A stretch of 64,000 bases of DNA from contig OZ281495.1 of assembly GCA_965637545.1 (NCBI GenBank), positions 15,314,001-15,378,000 on the forward strand, read 5' to 3'. The position numbers and the translations under genes are program-made. The notes beneath the pieces are model-generated. The model was not told where the DNA came from. It made no database searches and saw only the letters and a list, made by a program, of their open reading frames with translations. Numbering within the stretch: position 1 is the stretch's first letter; each line of letters opens with the position of its first letter. The stretch comes from Phallusia mammillata. Its lineage: Eukaryota. Below are positions 33,928 through 46,756 of the stretch, piece by piece.

Positions 33928-34779
33928 GCAACAATTTTCGAATAGTTGAATGGGGACTTAATAGAGGTAAGATTAGTGATTAGTGCGTTATTGGAACAAA
34001 CTTCCAAGTATACTTTACACCGCATTATAAATATGAAAACTCGGACTGCAATCAAAACAATCTTAACAGATAAGTTATAATAAGTATGATTTTGTTGGCT
34101 TTTGTTTGAAAATGGTTTTGGAAAATCCTGCGCTGTTGCAAGTCGCATCTATTTATTTCGATGTTGTATACTTGCAAATAATTGCTTTCGTTTCCTTATT
34201 TACTTGGTTTTAAGTCATAATTTCACTCTAATAACGATAGAAGAAAATGCCGAAACGACTTTTTTAAATAACGACATTGTGTTTCATTTTTTAGCAGTTC
34301 CCTTTTCTACGGAGTTAAAAAGTCCTTTATAAATTTTTTTAAGCTTTATGTTTTACATTGCGGCATTGCTCACATCATATAAACTCGCGACTTATGTCTC
34401 TACGGCAAATTTAGTTGACCGTGCAAAGGTTTTGTCTAGTCTGCCTGTTATAATCTTCTGGATATAGGGCATCACTGAAATTGGGTTAAAAACGGTACTG
34501 CTCACGTTTTTCTCAAAACCTATCCAGCGTCATGTAGTGTCAATACAGAAGTCGGACTTCGTTTCTAGTTTAACAACGAGGGAGGGGTGACCATAATTTC
34601 TTTGCCAGTAGAGGGGAGTTTATTATTAGTATTTTTCGCTTATGCGCTAGTGTTTCTATATGTTAATTTTAAATGTTTATACAAGTCTAGATTTGACTTC
34701 AAAAAGCACAAATGATGTTAACTCTTAGTAAGTTATTTAAGAACTTGGAAGGCTTGTTCAACAAAATGTGTACCTAGAA

Positions 34780-35305
34780 CAGGGGCGGGCAACATACGGC
34801 TCGCGGCCCGGAGACAGTTCCAGGTCTTACATGATAATGTGGCCCGCGGCCACAGTCTGCCGCAATCCCCCACTACTTGCTTTACTGCGTCAAATTACAG
34901 TTGTAACGGACAGTAACGCTCCCCAATAGCAAAACACTTTCCCGCCGTTGTTACCATTGCACCTTACGTCCATTGTTACGACATAACTGCCAACCACTTG
35001 TGTGGCCTGCTTTCACGGTTTCCTTTGTTTCCACACGTGTAGCCTAGTAAGTGTTTCATCAGTATCTAAGTCTGTGGTGTATGCATTAAATTTGCTGTGA
35101 TGAATAATTTTATGTTATATCAGTTAGATTGTTTGGACTGTATTGTATTTGTGATGTTCTTGAATATATTTGGTTTAGGTGGTAAAAAATCCATTTTAAA
35201 TCACTGGATAAATACGCGATTAATGTATCGATTCAGGAATCCGGCCCGCCAAGTACTTCATTTTCCCATATAAGGCCCGCCGACTGGAGAAGTTGCCCGC
35301 ACCTG
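34780..35305. mobile_element. hAT-type MITE
   Basis: TIR CAGGGGCGGGCAAC / GTTGCCCGCACCTG, perfect 8-bp TSD ACCTAGAA. Confidence 0.9.
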
Positions 35306-36960
35306 ACCTAGAATATTCATTTAAACGCGACAGGGAAACTACAGAGAAGCATTTTTGATTAGTCTCAACATTCCATGCAGGCTAAATCTCATTTAGTTTA
35401 GGTCCTTCGACCTCAACTAATGCATAAGCTTTAATGCATGTCTCGTATATATTAGTTATACTCTAGCTATAGTTTTTTTAATCGATTAAGAACTGGTCTA
35501 AAACGAGCTATTCTTCTCCCATGAGCTGAGGTTTAGGCAACCTTATGATTATTTCCTGAAGCAACAGTGCACTTTAACAATACCTTTAAAAGATAAACTT
35601 TTCGTTGCAAATCTGTTTTAGCAACTGATCTGCATCTGCAACGCAAACGTCTTTGGCAGAAGTTAGTGGTGCCCACGACATGTTGCTAGATGCAGTAGTG
35701 ATGCAATGGTGCAGTGACTGTGCATGAGTCATTGCTTTGTGCAAACGTTGTGTCGACATTTGTGAGTCAATACAGAAAGACGTTGCAACACTTTTAGGAA
35801 TGTTGAACATCTATTTTAAGAACGAAACAAAACTTACCTTATTTTTAAAAACCAAGCTTACATGCTGTTTTACATTTTAGTTGAAAACATATGGGAAATA
35901 AATTTGCCTCTATAGCAAGTATTCAAACATAACATCAATAGATGGACTAAATGTAAACGGGATATTATATTTAGAACAACATGTTTGTTTTGTTTGGTTT
36001 TGTAATTTCTTTAAACTAGTGACTTTGTATCCGTTTTTATACACTCAAATAAAAGCATGACCTGCGTTTGCCATTTTACTTTTTTCTGTTTAAAAATTCA
36101 CCTTACATTTCAACCTTCATTTGAACTGTGCGCAGACGTTGCAGACCACATGCTATTCATTGGTTGTAATTGACAGAACCTGACGTAAACTGAATCATTC
36201 CCTCACACCAGTCAATTTAAATGACTAATCACTTTGAAAAAAGTACACTTGCACCATGTCAGTTGCTTGTAACTTATGACGGAAACATTTGTATAACAAG
36301 GTTGGTGTTTTATTTTAAGAAAAAATAATTTTACGTCATGTTTTCGAAAATCAATTAAAAACTACACTGTGATTAGAGGAACATTTTGGGTTGCAGCACA
36401 GTTTCAAGATGGAACAAATAAAAATTAAATTAAATAAATGGGACAAATCCTTGCGTGCTAAAGAATTGACGCTTATCATACAACAATGAAATAACAACAA
36501 GGCGTATAGACCAGAGATCCTGACCAGCAAGAGGATTGCTGCTGGAAGTAGACAGTTCGGCTTCTCTATGGACCGCTTGTCGACCAATGGCTGCAACTAG
36601 TACAAAGCATCTGCAAAAAGTTGCAGGGATTAACAGCTTACTTACTGGAGAGTTTGTAAATCTATGCGAAACCTAATAAAAAAACTTACTCTGAACAGAC
36701 AATGCAAGTAATAAGCAAGTTTTATTGTAAATCCGTTTTGTACAACTATATGGTGTTAAATTGGTTTATCCCTATGTAACAAAAACTCAGTCAAAGAGTG
36801 ATTGTTGGTGTGCTGTAAATTTTGTTGAACTTACAAGACTGTTTCAATTCATACATTCAACACGTAAGCTATAAATACACTGAGTTTAATTCCTATTATT
36901 ACAATTTTGTTTACTTCCGTCTGCCTTGTATACAGGGATACGAGAACTTTTTATGAAAGC

Positions 36961-37663
36961 TCAAAGGGTACGAGCGCTAAAAAGGTTAAGCAGAAAAACA
37001 TGAGAACTGCGTATATATTTCTTGTTGTGGCTCATTCCTGGCTGACAAAGTTGAATATCAGGCGTTGGACGCCCTTTTTTCTTTATACTTACCTTTTCAG
37101 CACTTGATAACTGCGAAATCTTAAGTTGCTGAAACTCACTTACAGTCACCGAATTAGAATCTTGAAAAGCCATGATTAACCTTTCAATCAAAAACTGTAA
37201 AAATGATTAAAAAAGAATAACTGTCGTACTGTACTCATTGTCGAACCTGATGGTACACGTGATTTGCTTTGGCACACAATAAACGCGGAACAGACAACTA
37301 CTTCCGGGTGCCCAGGTCACACGCTACGTGGTTGGTGGAGCTGCGCGAGCCGCAGCACCCTGGCTCCTATTTCGCCCAGCATGTAGCTTTTCAAAGTGCG
37401 CATGCGCAGAACCGCAAAACGTCACGAAACGTCAGAAAACTGGAGCTGCAGTTCCAGCATAGATATACATTAGTGTTTCCAAAAAAAAAATTTTTTTAAT
37501 GAAAAAAAGGGTGATTAGGGCGGAAATTATGCTTATTATATATTGATAAGGAATAAAAAAATAAAAATAATGGAAGTTATTTGTAATATTATGGTAGGTT
37601 TATTAAGTAAAAATATCTAGGGGGTGCTGCAGCTCCGCAGCACCCTAGCACGAGCCGCCCCTG
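36961..37663 (-). mobile_element. Truncated hAT transposon 5' end with transposase N-terminal remnant
   Basis: Terminus CAGGGGCGGCTCGTG (minus strand, at 37663) and repeated GCAGCACCC motifs. ORF piece SQLSSAEKVSIKKKGRPTPDI...KKYIR resembles, from recall, the N-terminus of ZMYM1-like hAT transposases. Confidence 0.55.
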
Positions 37664-37823
37664 CCCTTTCATATGGAAATATGCCGGTTTCAAGCGTATC
37701 GGTAATTTATAAATCAACAGAACATATGTGCACAGAACAATTAACAACATGAAGTTTTTTAGTACTATTTTGACTCTTGGGTCTCAACACAATAAGCACA
37801 TAAAGGTATAATGTTGTCTATTT

Positions 37824-37977
37824 GTAGGTTGCATCGTTTCCAAACTTGACATTTTGGCTGTTGGCAGTATTGGATCACACAGTTTGTCGCAAATCTTTCA
37901 TCAGAGTTTTTGATTGCACCTGACGCCGTTCGCTTCGGTTTCTCAGTTTATTCAAGTCGTCACTACTTTATCAGTTA
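37824..37977 (+). pseudogene. Inverted, deletion-bearing copy of the first VWA exon of the array genes
   Basis: TAG|GTTGCATCGTTTCCAAACTTGACATTT...GCACCTGACGCCGTTCGCTTCGGTTTCTCAGTTTATTCAAGTCGTCACT is the reverse complement of 38830-39020 and 56900-57080, with internal deletions. Confidence 0.9.
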
Positions 37978-39085
37978 CAACATAAGATATGACGTAGGTT
38001 GAGTGATTTGCGATGTTACAGTAATGGACCAAATAAATTATGGAATAGCCTGTATCATGTCACAGTTCATCCTTCCAATTCAATAGCAAAATCAGAAGAA
38101 AAAAAGATTTGTTTGAAATGATGTTTAGTTCGCAATTGCAACACGTTGCTGTAGCATTTGTCATTGCTTTAGCAACGTTTAAAAAATGTTTCGTTAAGTT
38201 TAACCATTTATAGATTTCAGCGGAAGCCATACACGCATCAGCACTTAGTTCACTTTTTAGTGTACTTAATAATTGACTGAAGTCAAGTATTTTAAAGACA
38301 CGGGATAGAGTGCCACCAATTTCCTTTAGCTCTGTTCGATCAATTCCACTTCCAATTCCAATAGCATAAACAATAATTCCTTCCTCCCGAGCCTGTAAAT
38401 TTATTTTTTGCATTTTAAGTTAAAATGATTTAGCATCATTTTCAAATATGTCTTTTACTTATTCGTGGTTCTAGCAACATTTTTGCGTTTGATTTTTTTG
38501 TTTTTGTCAGGTGGCTAAACTAACTGACGCGCAAATCCGAATCTAACAGCAATGACTTACCCTGTCCGACGGCGGTAGAACATCGTCTCCACTCTGTCCA
38601 TCGGTAAGAACAACCATAACGCGAGGAACTCCTGCAGAAGGCGGTCTGAGGCCAAATCTTTCATTGAAGCCCCTGTTGACAACTTCGTTTATGGCTCTTC
38701 CAGTGAGTGTTCCTCCTGTGTTGGAATAAAGGTAACAAAATGATCGTAGACAATTTGCACAATTAAAAACCAACCTCCTGGATATGTAGTTGTAAGGACT
38801 GTGTTTATAAAGGCGGCGTTGTTCGTGTGCTGGTTAAAGTAACTAATGATGTAGTGACGACTTGAATAAACTGAGAAACCGAAGCGAACAGCGTCAGGTG
38901 GAATCGAAAACTCGGATACAAGATTTGCGACAAACCGCAATGTCGTTCGGAAATTGTAGAATCCAATACTGCCCGAACCATCCACCAACAACCAAATGTC
39001 AAGTTTGGAAACGATGCAACCTATAAAATCGCAACATTATGAGCTATTTCTGTGCGCCCTATTTTTTCTTATCATTTGTTTAGGC

Positions 39086-39628
39086 CAGTGGTTCTTAACC
39101 GGTGGGAAATTTCCCACTAGTGGGAAATTTAATGATTTTAGAGGGAAATTATGTGAGTCAGAAGTTACCAAACTCGGGCCCGTAGGTTGAAATTAACCGT
39201 TGAAAGTTAATTTAATACAATATTTTCCGCAACAACATGTAAGATTTACTTCACCTAGTTTTACAAGGCGCATAAAAATCCAAAAATCGTTTGTTACGTC
39301 ACAGACATTACTAAAAGTATCAATGAATTTGTTATTGTTCGCCAATAAATGCATTTGATCTGTTGATTGTAATGCCATAAATGACTAATGCAAGCACATA
39401 AGATTTTTCAAAATTCCACACGATTTTACTTTCTCACGAAATCACTATTCAAACTAAATAAGATTGCAGTATACCTTTAAGGCCTCGACCAAATCGCTTC
39501 ACAAAACTATTTCGAATTCTTTTGTTAATGTTGGGCACAAAATATCATAAAAAAATAACAATGGATGAAATTCGAACTTGTTGATTTACTTTAGTGGGAA
39601 ACCACACCAAAAAGGTTAAGAACCACTG
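39086..39628. mobile_element. hAT-type MITE in an intron of copy A
   Basis: TIR CAGTGGTTCTTAACC / GGTTAAGAACCACTG, perfect 8-bp TSD GTTTAGGC. Confidence 0.93.
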
Positions 39629-40047
39629 GTTTAGGCGTTTTTTTTGTATTATGATTTTATATGATGGAAAATAAATCATAAAAGTTGTTATCACTGGATT
39701 TCCAATTGTAACTTATTGTTTTATGAGCGGAAAAGCCATCACCAAATGTGTTGCAAAATATGCGTAACCTGTACGTTTTGCCTGAATGATTCTTACCGTT
39801 ATGCATTTCACTTTTTGATAAATTTTTTGTAATAATTAAACTTACTTGCTGCGTTTTCATAAGAAATCACGCGATTCTCGTATTCTTAAGCAATTCTCTG
39901 TGGGTTGTAATTCCTTGCCCACCATGTTGCTTGTTTGGTGATCTCTATTGGTACATTTGCACCACTTATCAGTTGTAAGTGAAGACGAGCAGCAAGCGCA
40001 GATTTAAGTGGAAGCCTAAAATTGTGCGTATTTTTTTTAATTTGGAC

Positions 40048-40428
40048 CAGAGTTGCAAGCGGGCCCGAAATCTGAGCCCGAACCCGGCCCGAACCCGGCC
40101 CGAACCCGAAAGTATAAGCCCGAAGCCCGGCCCGAACCCGAAACGTTTTTGCAAAGCCCGTTTAGGCCCGAAATGAACAACAAACACAATGAACAGTAGT
40201 AGACAATGGAGTAAACAATACGTTTTAGACTAGGGTGGGCGTTAGGTCAATGCCAGAGACTTGTTACTTAGCTGAGTGATTTTTTTTTTTTTAAATGGCG
40301 GACACGGAACGTAAAGTCAGGCCCGTTTTAAGCCCGTTTTAAGCCCGTTTCCTCACAAATATACCTAAGCCCGAACCCGGCCCGAACCCGAACCCGGCCC
40401 GAAAAGCCCGGCCCGACTTGCAACTCTG
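40048..40428. mobile_element. hAT-type MITE with arrays of CCCGAA/GGCCCG repeats, in an intron of copy A
   Basis: TIR CAGAGTTGCAAG / CTTGCAACTCTG, perfect 8-bp TSD ATTTGGAC. Confidence 0.93.
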
Positions 40429-43009
40429 ATTTGGACTGCAAACGTTTGGTGGTGAGTGTTGCACGTATGTAAATAACTTTTGCAGTGGTTTCAAAATTTG
40501 CAGAAATAACCGTTTTGTTATATTTTTTTTCAAAATTATTGCGTCTGGGCTTTTTTTAACTTTCCTTGAAAAATAAGCGTTAAAAGGCTGAACGGTAAAA
40601 ATCGTGTAATAACTCTACCGGAAATCGGAACTGTAGAAGTCAGTAACGTTTGTCCCAAACACATTTCTCGCTGAGTCGAGGTAAACAGATAAAGATGACA
40701 ATGTCCTTTCGGCAGACAGTTGTGAAAAAATAAGTGGAGATATCTAATAAAAAAATTAGCAATTCATTCTAAATCCAAGAGGAAATGCAACGTATTGAAA
40801 GTAAACCTTATTCGAATAGAAAATAGATGATAAGCGTACTTACCAAATTCCACCCATTGGGTAGAGAATGTTCATTCCAAAATTTGTTTCAACCAAAGCA
40901 AGTCGTTTCATCATTCTTAAATCATTTGGAAACACATTGAGTGCTTCCAGTTTTTCAATCGATGCATCCACAACATCTTCACCACTCGCATCAGGCACCA
41001 AAGTCAAATCAACGGACTGTGCTCTGGAAAACGAAAGATTTTTGAATTATCAAACAAATGTAAATAAAAAGAAACAATTAAAATTACCTAAAATCAAATT
41101 AGAATTATGTATAAAATATCATAAAACGCTATACAAATTAAACAAATATTGTATGTTGTAAATAAATAGAAACAATTAAAATTACCTGGATATTGGTATC
41201 ATCAGTATGTTACTAACAGATAAGAGCAGGACTAGATACAAGTACATTGTCAGTGTTTTATTCTCGTTGTACTCTCCTCTGCTTTTCTTTTGTTTGTACC
41301 AAAGTACGTAAACAGCAACTTTGGATCCTAAAAACATTGCCATGTGACTCAATAATATAAAACCTTTTAAAACAAAAAAATAAAAGCGATTAACGCAAGA
41401 TACAGCTCAGTAAATTTGGATAAGTTTTAAGACACTGTAGTCAGGTAGTGTGTCACTAACATAATGGTTGGAAAACACCGCCGTATAAAATAGAATGTGT
41501 TTTGATTTGAAACCACGAACAACATATTTAAGGCCATATTACCTCCCTCAAGTAAAGCTAACGTTGATTAATATTTACAAAATATAAATTTAGCTTGAGC
41601 CATGTGAACTACCCTGCTCTGTACCGATCTCTGTAGTGAAATCTTGCAGAAGTGTTAGCAAACAGCATTTTGAAGTGGCCCAGGCTAATTGAAGGTCCTA
41701 ACTGACGACCAACTTAAACCAACTATTTTCCAACTATATAGATATTTATATTCAGCAAGTGATAAAAACGATTCGTTGACTTTGCAATGTTTCCTGCATC
41801 AATTTAATCAGGATGCAACGCGACTCTGCTGATTCAAGCCCACGTAGTGATATCATATTATGTGTGATGTAATTGGGTTCGCGCTGATAATGTTGAACGC
41901 TTTGACTGGAGTCGAATTCATATATGCCCCGGCATTGTAAAACAACACTCGGTACATTACTTGCCATTTACAACAGTTCCTCGCTTACTCTATACTGCTG
42001 CTCATTTACATTTGTCTATGAAATCTTTTCTCTAAAACAGGGATCGACAACCTCTGGCCCGCAGCCCCCTCAGGAAAGTGAAAACACCACTTTGCTGGTG
42101 GAAACTCTAGAATGGCATGAAAGCAAGAACGCTGTACCAAGCGTTGTTTAAAGCGTTCTGATCTAGGTTTCACAAAGATTTCATGAAATTAAAGTAGTTG
42201 GCAGTTTCACCGTTAAATATCTGTTTATTTTACACAATAAACAGTAAAGGGATCGAAAATTAACATGAAAAATTAGTACGGCCTGATACGACTTTGCTGA
42301 TTTTGGTTTTAATAAATGATCTACCAGGTAAAGTTATATCAGCAAAATTAATAACACAAGATCGTAAAAGTTGCCTTCTGTCTAATGCCTGGACAAGATC
42401 ACATGAACAGACCAGCACTTTGCTTTTGTAACACACTGAACTTGATAAGTTGTCTGTATTGACGTATTTCCTGTTTGGCTGGTTAAAAAATATACATTTT
42501 TTTATTATTATTATTATAGACGTTGCGTTGCGTGGTGATTACGTTTGGGACCAACGTTAAGTTTGGGGCCAACGTTTCACAATAGCACACAGTCGATTCT
42601 TCATTACGGTATATTTCTATTCGTTGATCATCTTGTAAAGTACAGTATTTTTAACGTCTGTGTTAAAAATAACTTTTAAATAGCATTGAAGACTAACTCA
42701 AAAAGCAACCACGCAAAGCGACTTCCGTAATAAACCATATTCAACTGCATTACGCCTTGAAAAAAATAATATTGTCATGTGATTTATGATTTATTGATTT
42801 ATCGGCCGCTCCTCGAAAGTAAACCTTAATACACATCATGCAACAAACTTACTTCCTACCGTTTGATTTGTAATTAAGATTATGTTAGAAGTTGCCATTA
42901 TTTACAGACCCTATAAAACATTCTTGTATGGCGAAAAGCTATACACAACGCAATAAAAATTAATGGATGCTATAGTCAATAAATTGTTATTGGATCCGTT
43001 TCCTCGCAC

Positions 43010-46000
43010 CTACTTTGTGTATAGCATTGCGAAAACAGAACTAAGCACAAGTGCTGGCGAATAAAACTTGATGTAAGAAGCAGCACTTGGTGTGGTCGTA
43101 GGTGTTGGGGCGGTGTTAACCTATAACACATTTTTAAGTTCAGTAAATAATAAAAAGGATAGCCTATTTATCAACACACGAAAAATCAAAATACACACTA
43201 CATGTGACGTCAGTTACTGTGAAGCACACGCACTGTAAATGACCGACAAAGTAATAAACCAACGCAAAATATGTTGAGTTTATTTTTGTCGAAAACCACA
43301 AGTAAACGACTGAATCAATAAACAAGGTTTATTCACTTACAGTAGCTCTGACAGGACTTCCAGTAGATTGAAAGTCGACTTGAAGAGATTCGTCGCTAGT
43401 CGATTTTAGGGCAACGTACAAAGGTTTGCTGCCAACTTCAGCATCAACTGCTCTACGTGATCTGGATTGTTCTCCGACCAACACCAAGCCCAAATTCAGG
43501 TCATCAGTGTTTATAGTAATAATAGTTGTCCCCTGTTAGCAATATGAGTGGATTAGTATTAATTGCATTTATCAAACACGATCTTAGCAAAACAAAAGCT
43601 CTTGGCGACATTGCTGTTTATTGTTTGAGTTGCAGTTTGCTTGTGGTCAGAGAATGATGAATTACTCACGGGCAAAATTATGATAGAGAAGTCGTACACA
43701 GCCGAGCTGGGATGTGAAACCGTTCCAGAAATATAAACGATGCCTGATCCACTACCGGTGGGAACACGAAATTCAAGCTCGACTGATCCGTTATTGGGGA
43801 GCTGAACACTTGAGTAGTATGTATTTCCTGGTGGCACGATCACTTCAACTGTTGTGTTGTCCTTGAAACAAATCACTGAAAAACAATTTGATGGTCTATT
43901 CCATTCACACCCCTTACCGGTATTTCGGCGGAAGCCATGCAAACACCAGAATTAAGTTGACCTTTAAGTGAACTTAACAATTGACTAAAGACGTTTAGTT
44001 CAAATACAAAAGTCGGAGTGCCAGCAATTTCCTCCAGTTCTGTTCTATCTATTCCACTTCCGATCCCAACAGCAAAAACAATAATTCCTTGATCTCGGGT
44101 CTAAAATTTATGTAAGCCTCGGTTTATCTGTGCTATTTCCCAACAACATGTGTTGTATTTACAACTTCCATCTAATAGACTCAGAATTAGCAACTAATAA
44201 AGACCTCTTCGATAAAAGCTCACCATGTTTGAGGGAGCGACAACATCGTCTCCACTCTGCCCATCAGTAAGAACAACCAGAACTCGAGGAGCTCCTGCTG
44301 AAAGTGGCCTGAGACCGAAAGTCTTATTAAAACCATATTGTACAACTTCAGATATTGCATCTCCAGTGAATGTTCCTCCTGTGTTACAAAAAAAGGTAAC
44401 AAAACGATTGTAGTCAGTTTGCACAAATAAAACCAACCTCCGGGATATGCAGTTGCAAGTACCGTGTTAACAAACACGGTGTTGTTTGTATGCTCGTTGA
44501 AGTGACTGATAAAATTATGACGACTTGAATAAACCGAGAAACCGAAGCGAACAGCGTCAGGTGCAATTGAAAACTCGGATGAAAGATTTGCGACAAACTG
44601 CAATGTTGTTCGAAAATTACTTGGTCCAATGCTGCCCGAACCATCCACCAACAACCAAATGTCAAGTTATGAAACGATGCAACCTAAACAAATAAGTTAC
44701 CGTACATACTCGCGGATAGGTCGCAACGTTTTCCTTAAATATTTTTTTAAATATAGGTGCGACCAATCCGCTCGACATAAGTGCAAATCGCCACCAAGTC
44801 GGAACAAAATTGAAAGTTCTCGGCTATTGCAAGTACCGTATTTTCTGGGTTCGGCTCATTGGGCGGATATAACGTATTTATTCGAGTATAACGCGCAAAA
44901 TTGTGTCCTAATTTTCAATAAAAAATTAGGGATGCGCGTTATAGACGCGAATTGTAGTGGAAATGTGCTATTGCAACTGTGGTTCTATCGAATACGGGTG
45001 CATGCGCTCGTGCACGCACATACCAATGCGAGACAGTTTCATGAGCGCACACGCACATGCGACCGCTCAGCGTGCGTTGGATTTTCCCGCTTTGTTGAGA
45101 AAAAATGGTTTTGCGGTTTCAATGCATTGCAGTTCAATGCTAAAAAAACAACCAATTGCACAGGTTATCTATGCAAAAAAGCTATGGAAAGGGCATTTTA
45201 AATCCCTAGATTTTCAGTGCGACTTATGTGCGAGTCAACTCTAAATTAAACTTTTTTAACACAAAACTAATAGTGCGACCTATACGGTGGCGCGGCCTAT
45301 CGGCGAGTATATACGGTAAGTGTATTGAGTTGAGCATTTCTCCTTTTCCTAATTAGTTTGTTGCAACCAAAAGTCATTTTGGCATAATTACATCACTGTT
45401 GTTTTATAACCGAAAAATGCGAACCTACTTAATGCGTTTTCATAAGAAATCACGCGAGTCTCGAAGTCTTGTGCGTTTCCTTGAAGGTTGTAGTTTGTTG
45501 CCCACCAATTTGCTTGTTGAGCGATTTCCACCGGTACGTTTCCACTGGCATCATTTATCAGTTGCAGGTAGAGACGAGCAGCAAGAGCAGATTTGAGAGG
45601 AACGCTAAAGATTTTGTTGGATTCTTTTTGTGAGAATTAAGATTACTTTACAATTTTAACTTTTAACGTTTTATATTGAAAGAACGGTTTAAAAAATATC
45701 TGAACAATTTCGTTTACGTTTGAGCCGCAATTTTTCATGTTCCAAAATTTCCCACATGTAACCTATGTCAAAATTATGGTAGGACAGGCCTATTATTAAC
45801 GTTGTACCGATTTTATCATAATTCAGCTAAAATGAACAGACTGTTACAGATACGTTCATTACTCGATTAGCCCAGAGGCGTTATGCCAATCTTAGTGGGA
45901 AAAAAAATACAAACATCCACTGTAACATCTTTATTGGCCAACTTAGCGTACTAACAAACTTTCAAGGCTTTTTAAACAATCGTTGCAGTTTATCTCTACA

Positions 46001-46756
46001 TTTCTTGGACCATGGCGTTTGGCGTCAAATTTATGGTGAGATAAAAACAAGCAACAAGTTACCGGAAGTCAGAATTGTTAAAGTTTGTAACGTTTGGTCC
46101 AAAAGCGATTCTCGTTTGATCGAGGTAAGCAGATAAAGAAGATTGGGCACTCGTGGCAGACAGTTGTGAACCAATATTTGAGGTAATCTAAAAACAAGAA
46201 GGATTGCAGGGAAGATCTAAAAACTTTTTGAATTTAATTTTTAACTTCGCCAAGTTAATTTTAACTGGGCAGTGGTTATGAGACTTACTTTCCAAATACC
46301 ACCCATTGTGTTGGTAATGTTCATTCCAAAATTTGTTTCGACTAAAGCAATACGTTTCATCAATCCAAAGTCATTTGGAAACACTTTAAGTGCTTCAAGT
46401 TTTGCAATCGATGCATCCACAACGTCTTCACCACTCGCATCAGGCACCAAAGTCAAATCAACAGACTGTGTGCTGTAAGAAAAGAGATTAATCAAGTAAC
46501 AACACTTACAATGGCAAAGGGCATTTATTTATTTTCAATCTGTTTTTTAGCCATATCATTTAAGGTTCAAAAACTAGCTATATAAAATTTAAAGGCCGTA
46601 TTTCTAAAACTCGTTTTGATTTTATTAATGGAATATTTATGTCCTTCAGCCAATGTTTCGACAAGAAACTTTGTTGAAAATCGAACACGTACGTGATTAC
46701 CTGGCACTTGGAAGTAAGCCGCAAACAACAAAAAGCAAGACAAAATACAAATACAT
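43010..46756 (-). CDS. Array copy B: signal - lysozyme-like - [TAA] - VWA - PPC-like(RSRR) - short stalk - GPI signal; 10 exons, one premature stop
   Basis: Signal MYLYFVLLFVVCGLLPSAS. RIALVETNFG...GGIWK; ALAARLYL...QQANWWATNYN. TCA TAA at 44667-44672 versus TCC AAA in A, C and D. The remaining exons are open to ...PALVLSSVFAMLYTK*. Confidence 0.8.
44700..45316. mobile_element. Tc1/mariner-superfamily (Tc2/pogo-like) MITE in an intron of copy B
   Basis: TA|CCGTACATACTCGCGGATAGGTCGC ... GCGGCCTATCGGCGAGTATATACGG|TA. A second TACCGTATTTT terminus lies internally at about 44834. Confidence 0.85.

Larger units (their letters stand above)
38060..41247 (-). pseudogene. Array copy A: signal peptide + disabled lysozyme-like domain + VWA; PPC/GPI exons absent
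   Basis: Signal exon MYLYLVLLLSVSNILMIPISR. In-frame TAA at 40840-40842 and 39886-39888, where paralogs have K/Q codons. VWA exons are open (DGSGS, LTDGQS). The donor after SAEI is lost and the ORF runs on to ...LLLNWKDEL*. Confidence 0.8.

Noticed and set aside
36430-36790. Exon-like pieces as the missing GPI tail of copy A
   Set aside because: No similarity to the last exons of B, C or D, and frames contain stops.
39969-40533. ORFs rich in GPG/PEP/FG repeats
   Set aside because: They are translations of the CCCGAA subterminal repeats of the 40048-40428 MITE.
44629-45244. 190-aa and 95-aa plus-strand ORFs
   Set aside because: They are antisense to a VWA exon and run through a MITE. No recognisable protein features.
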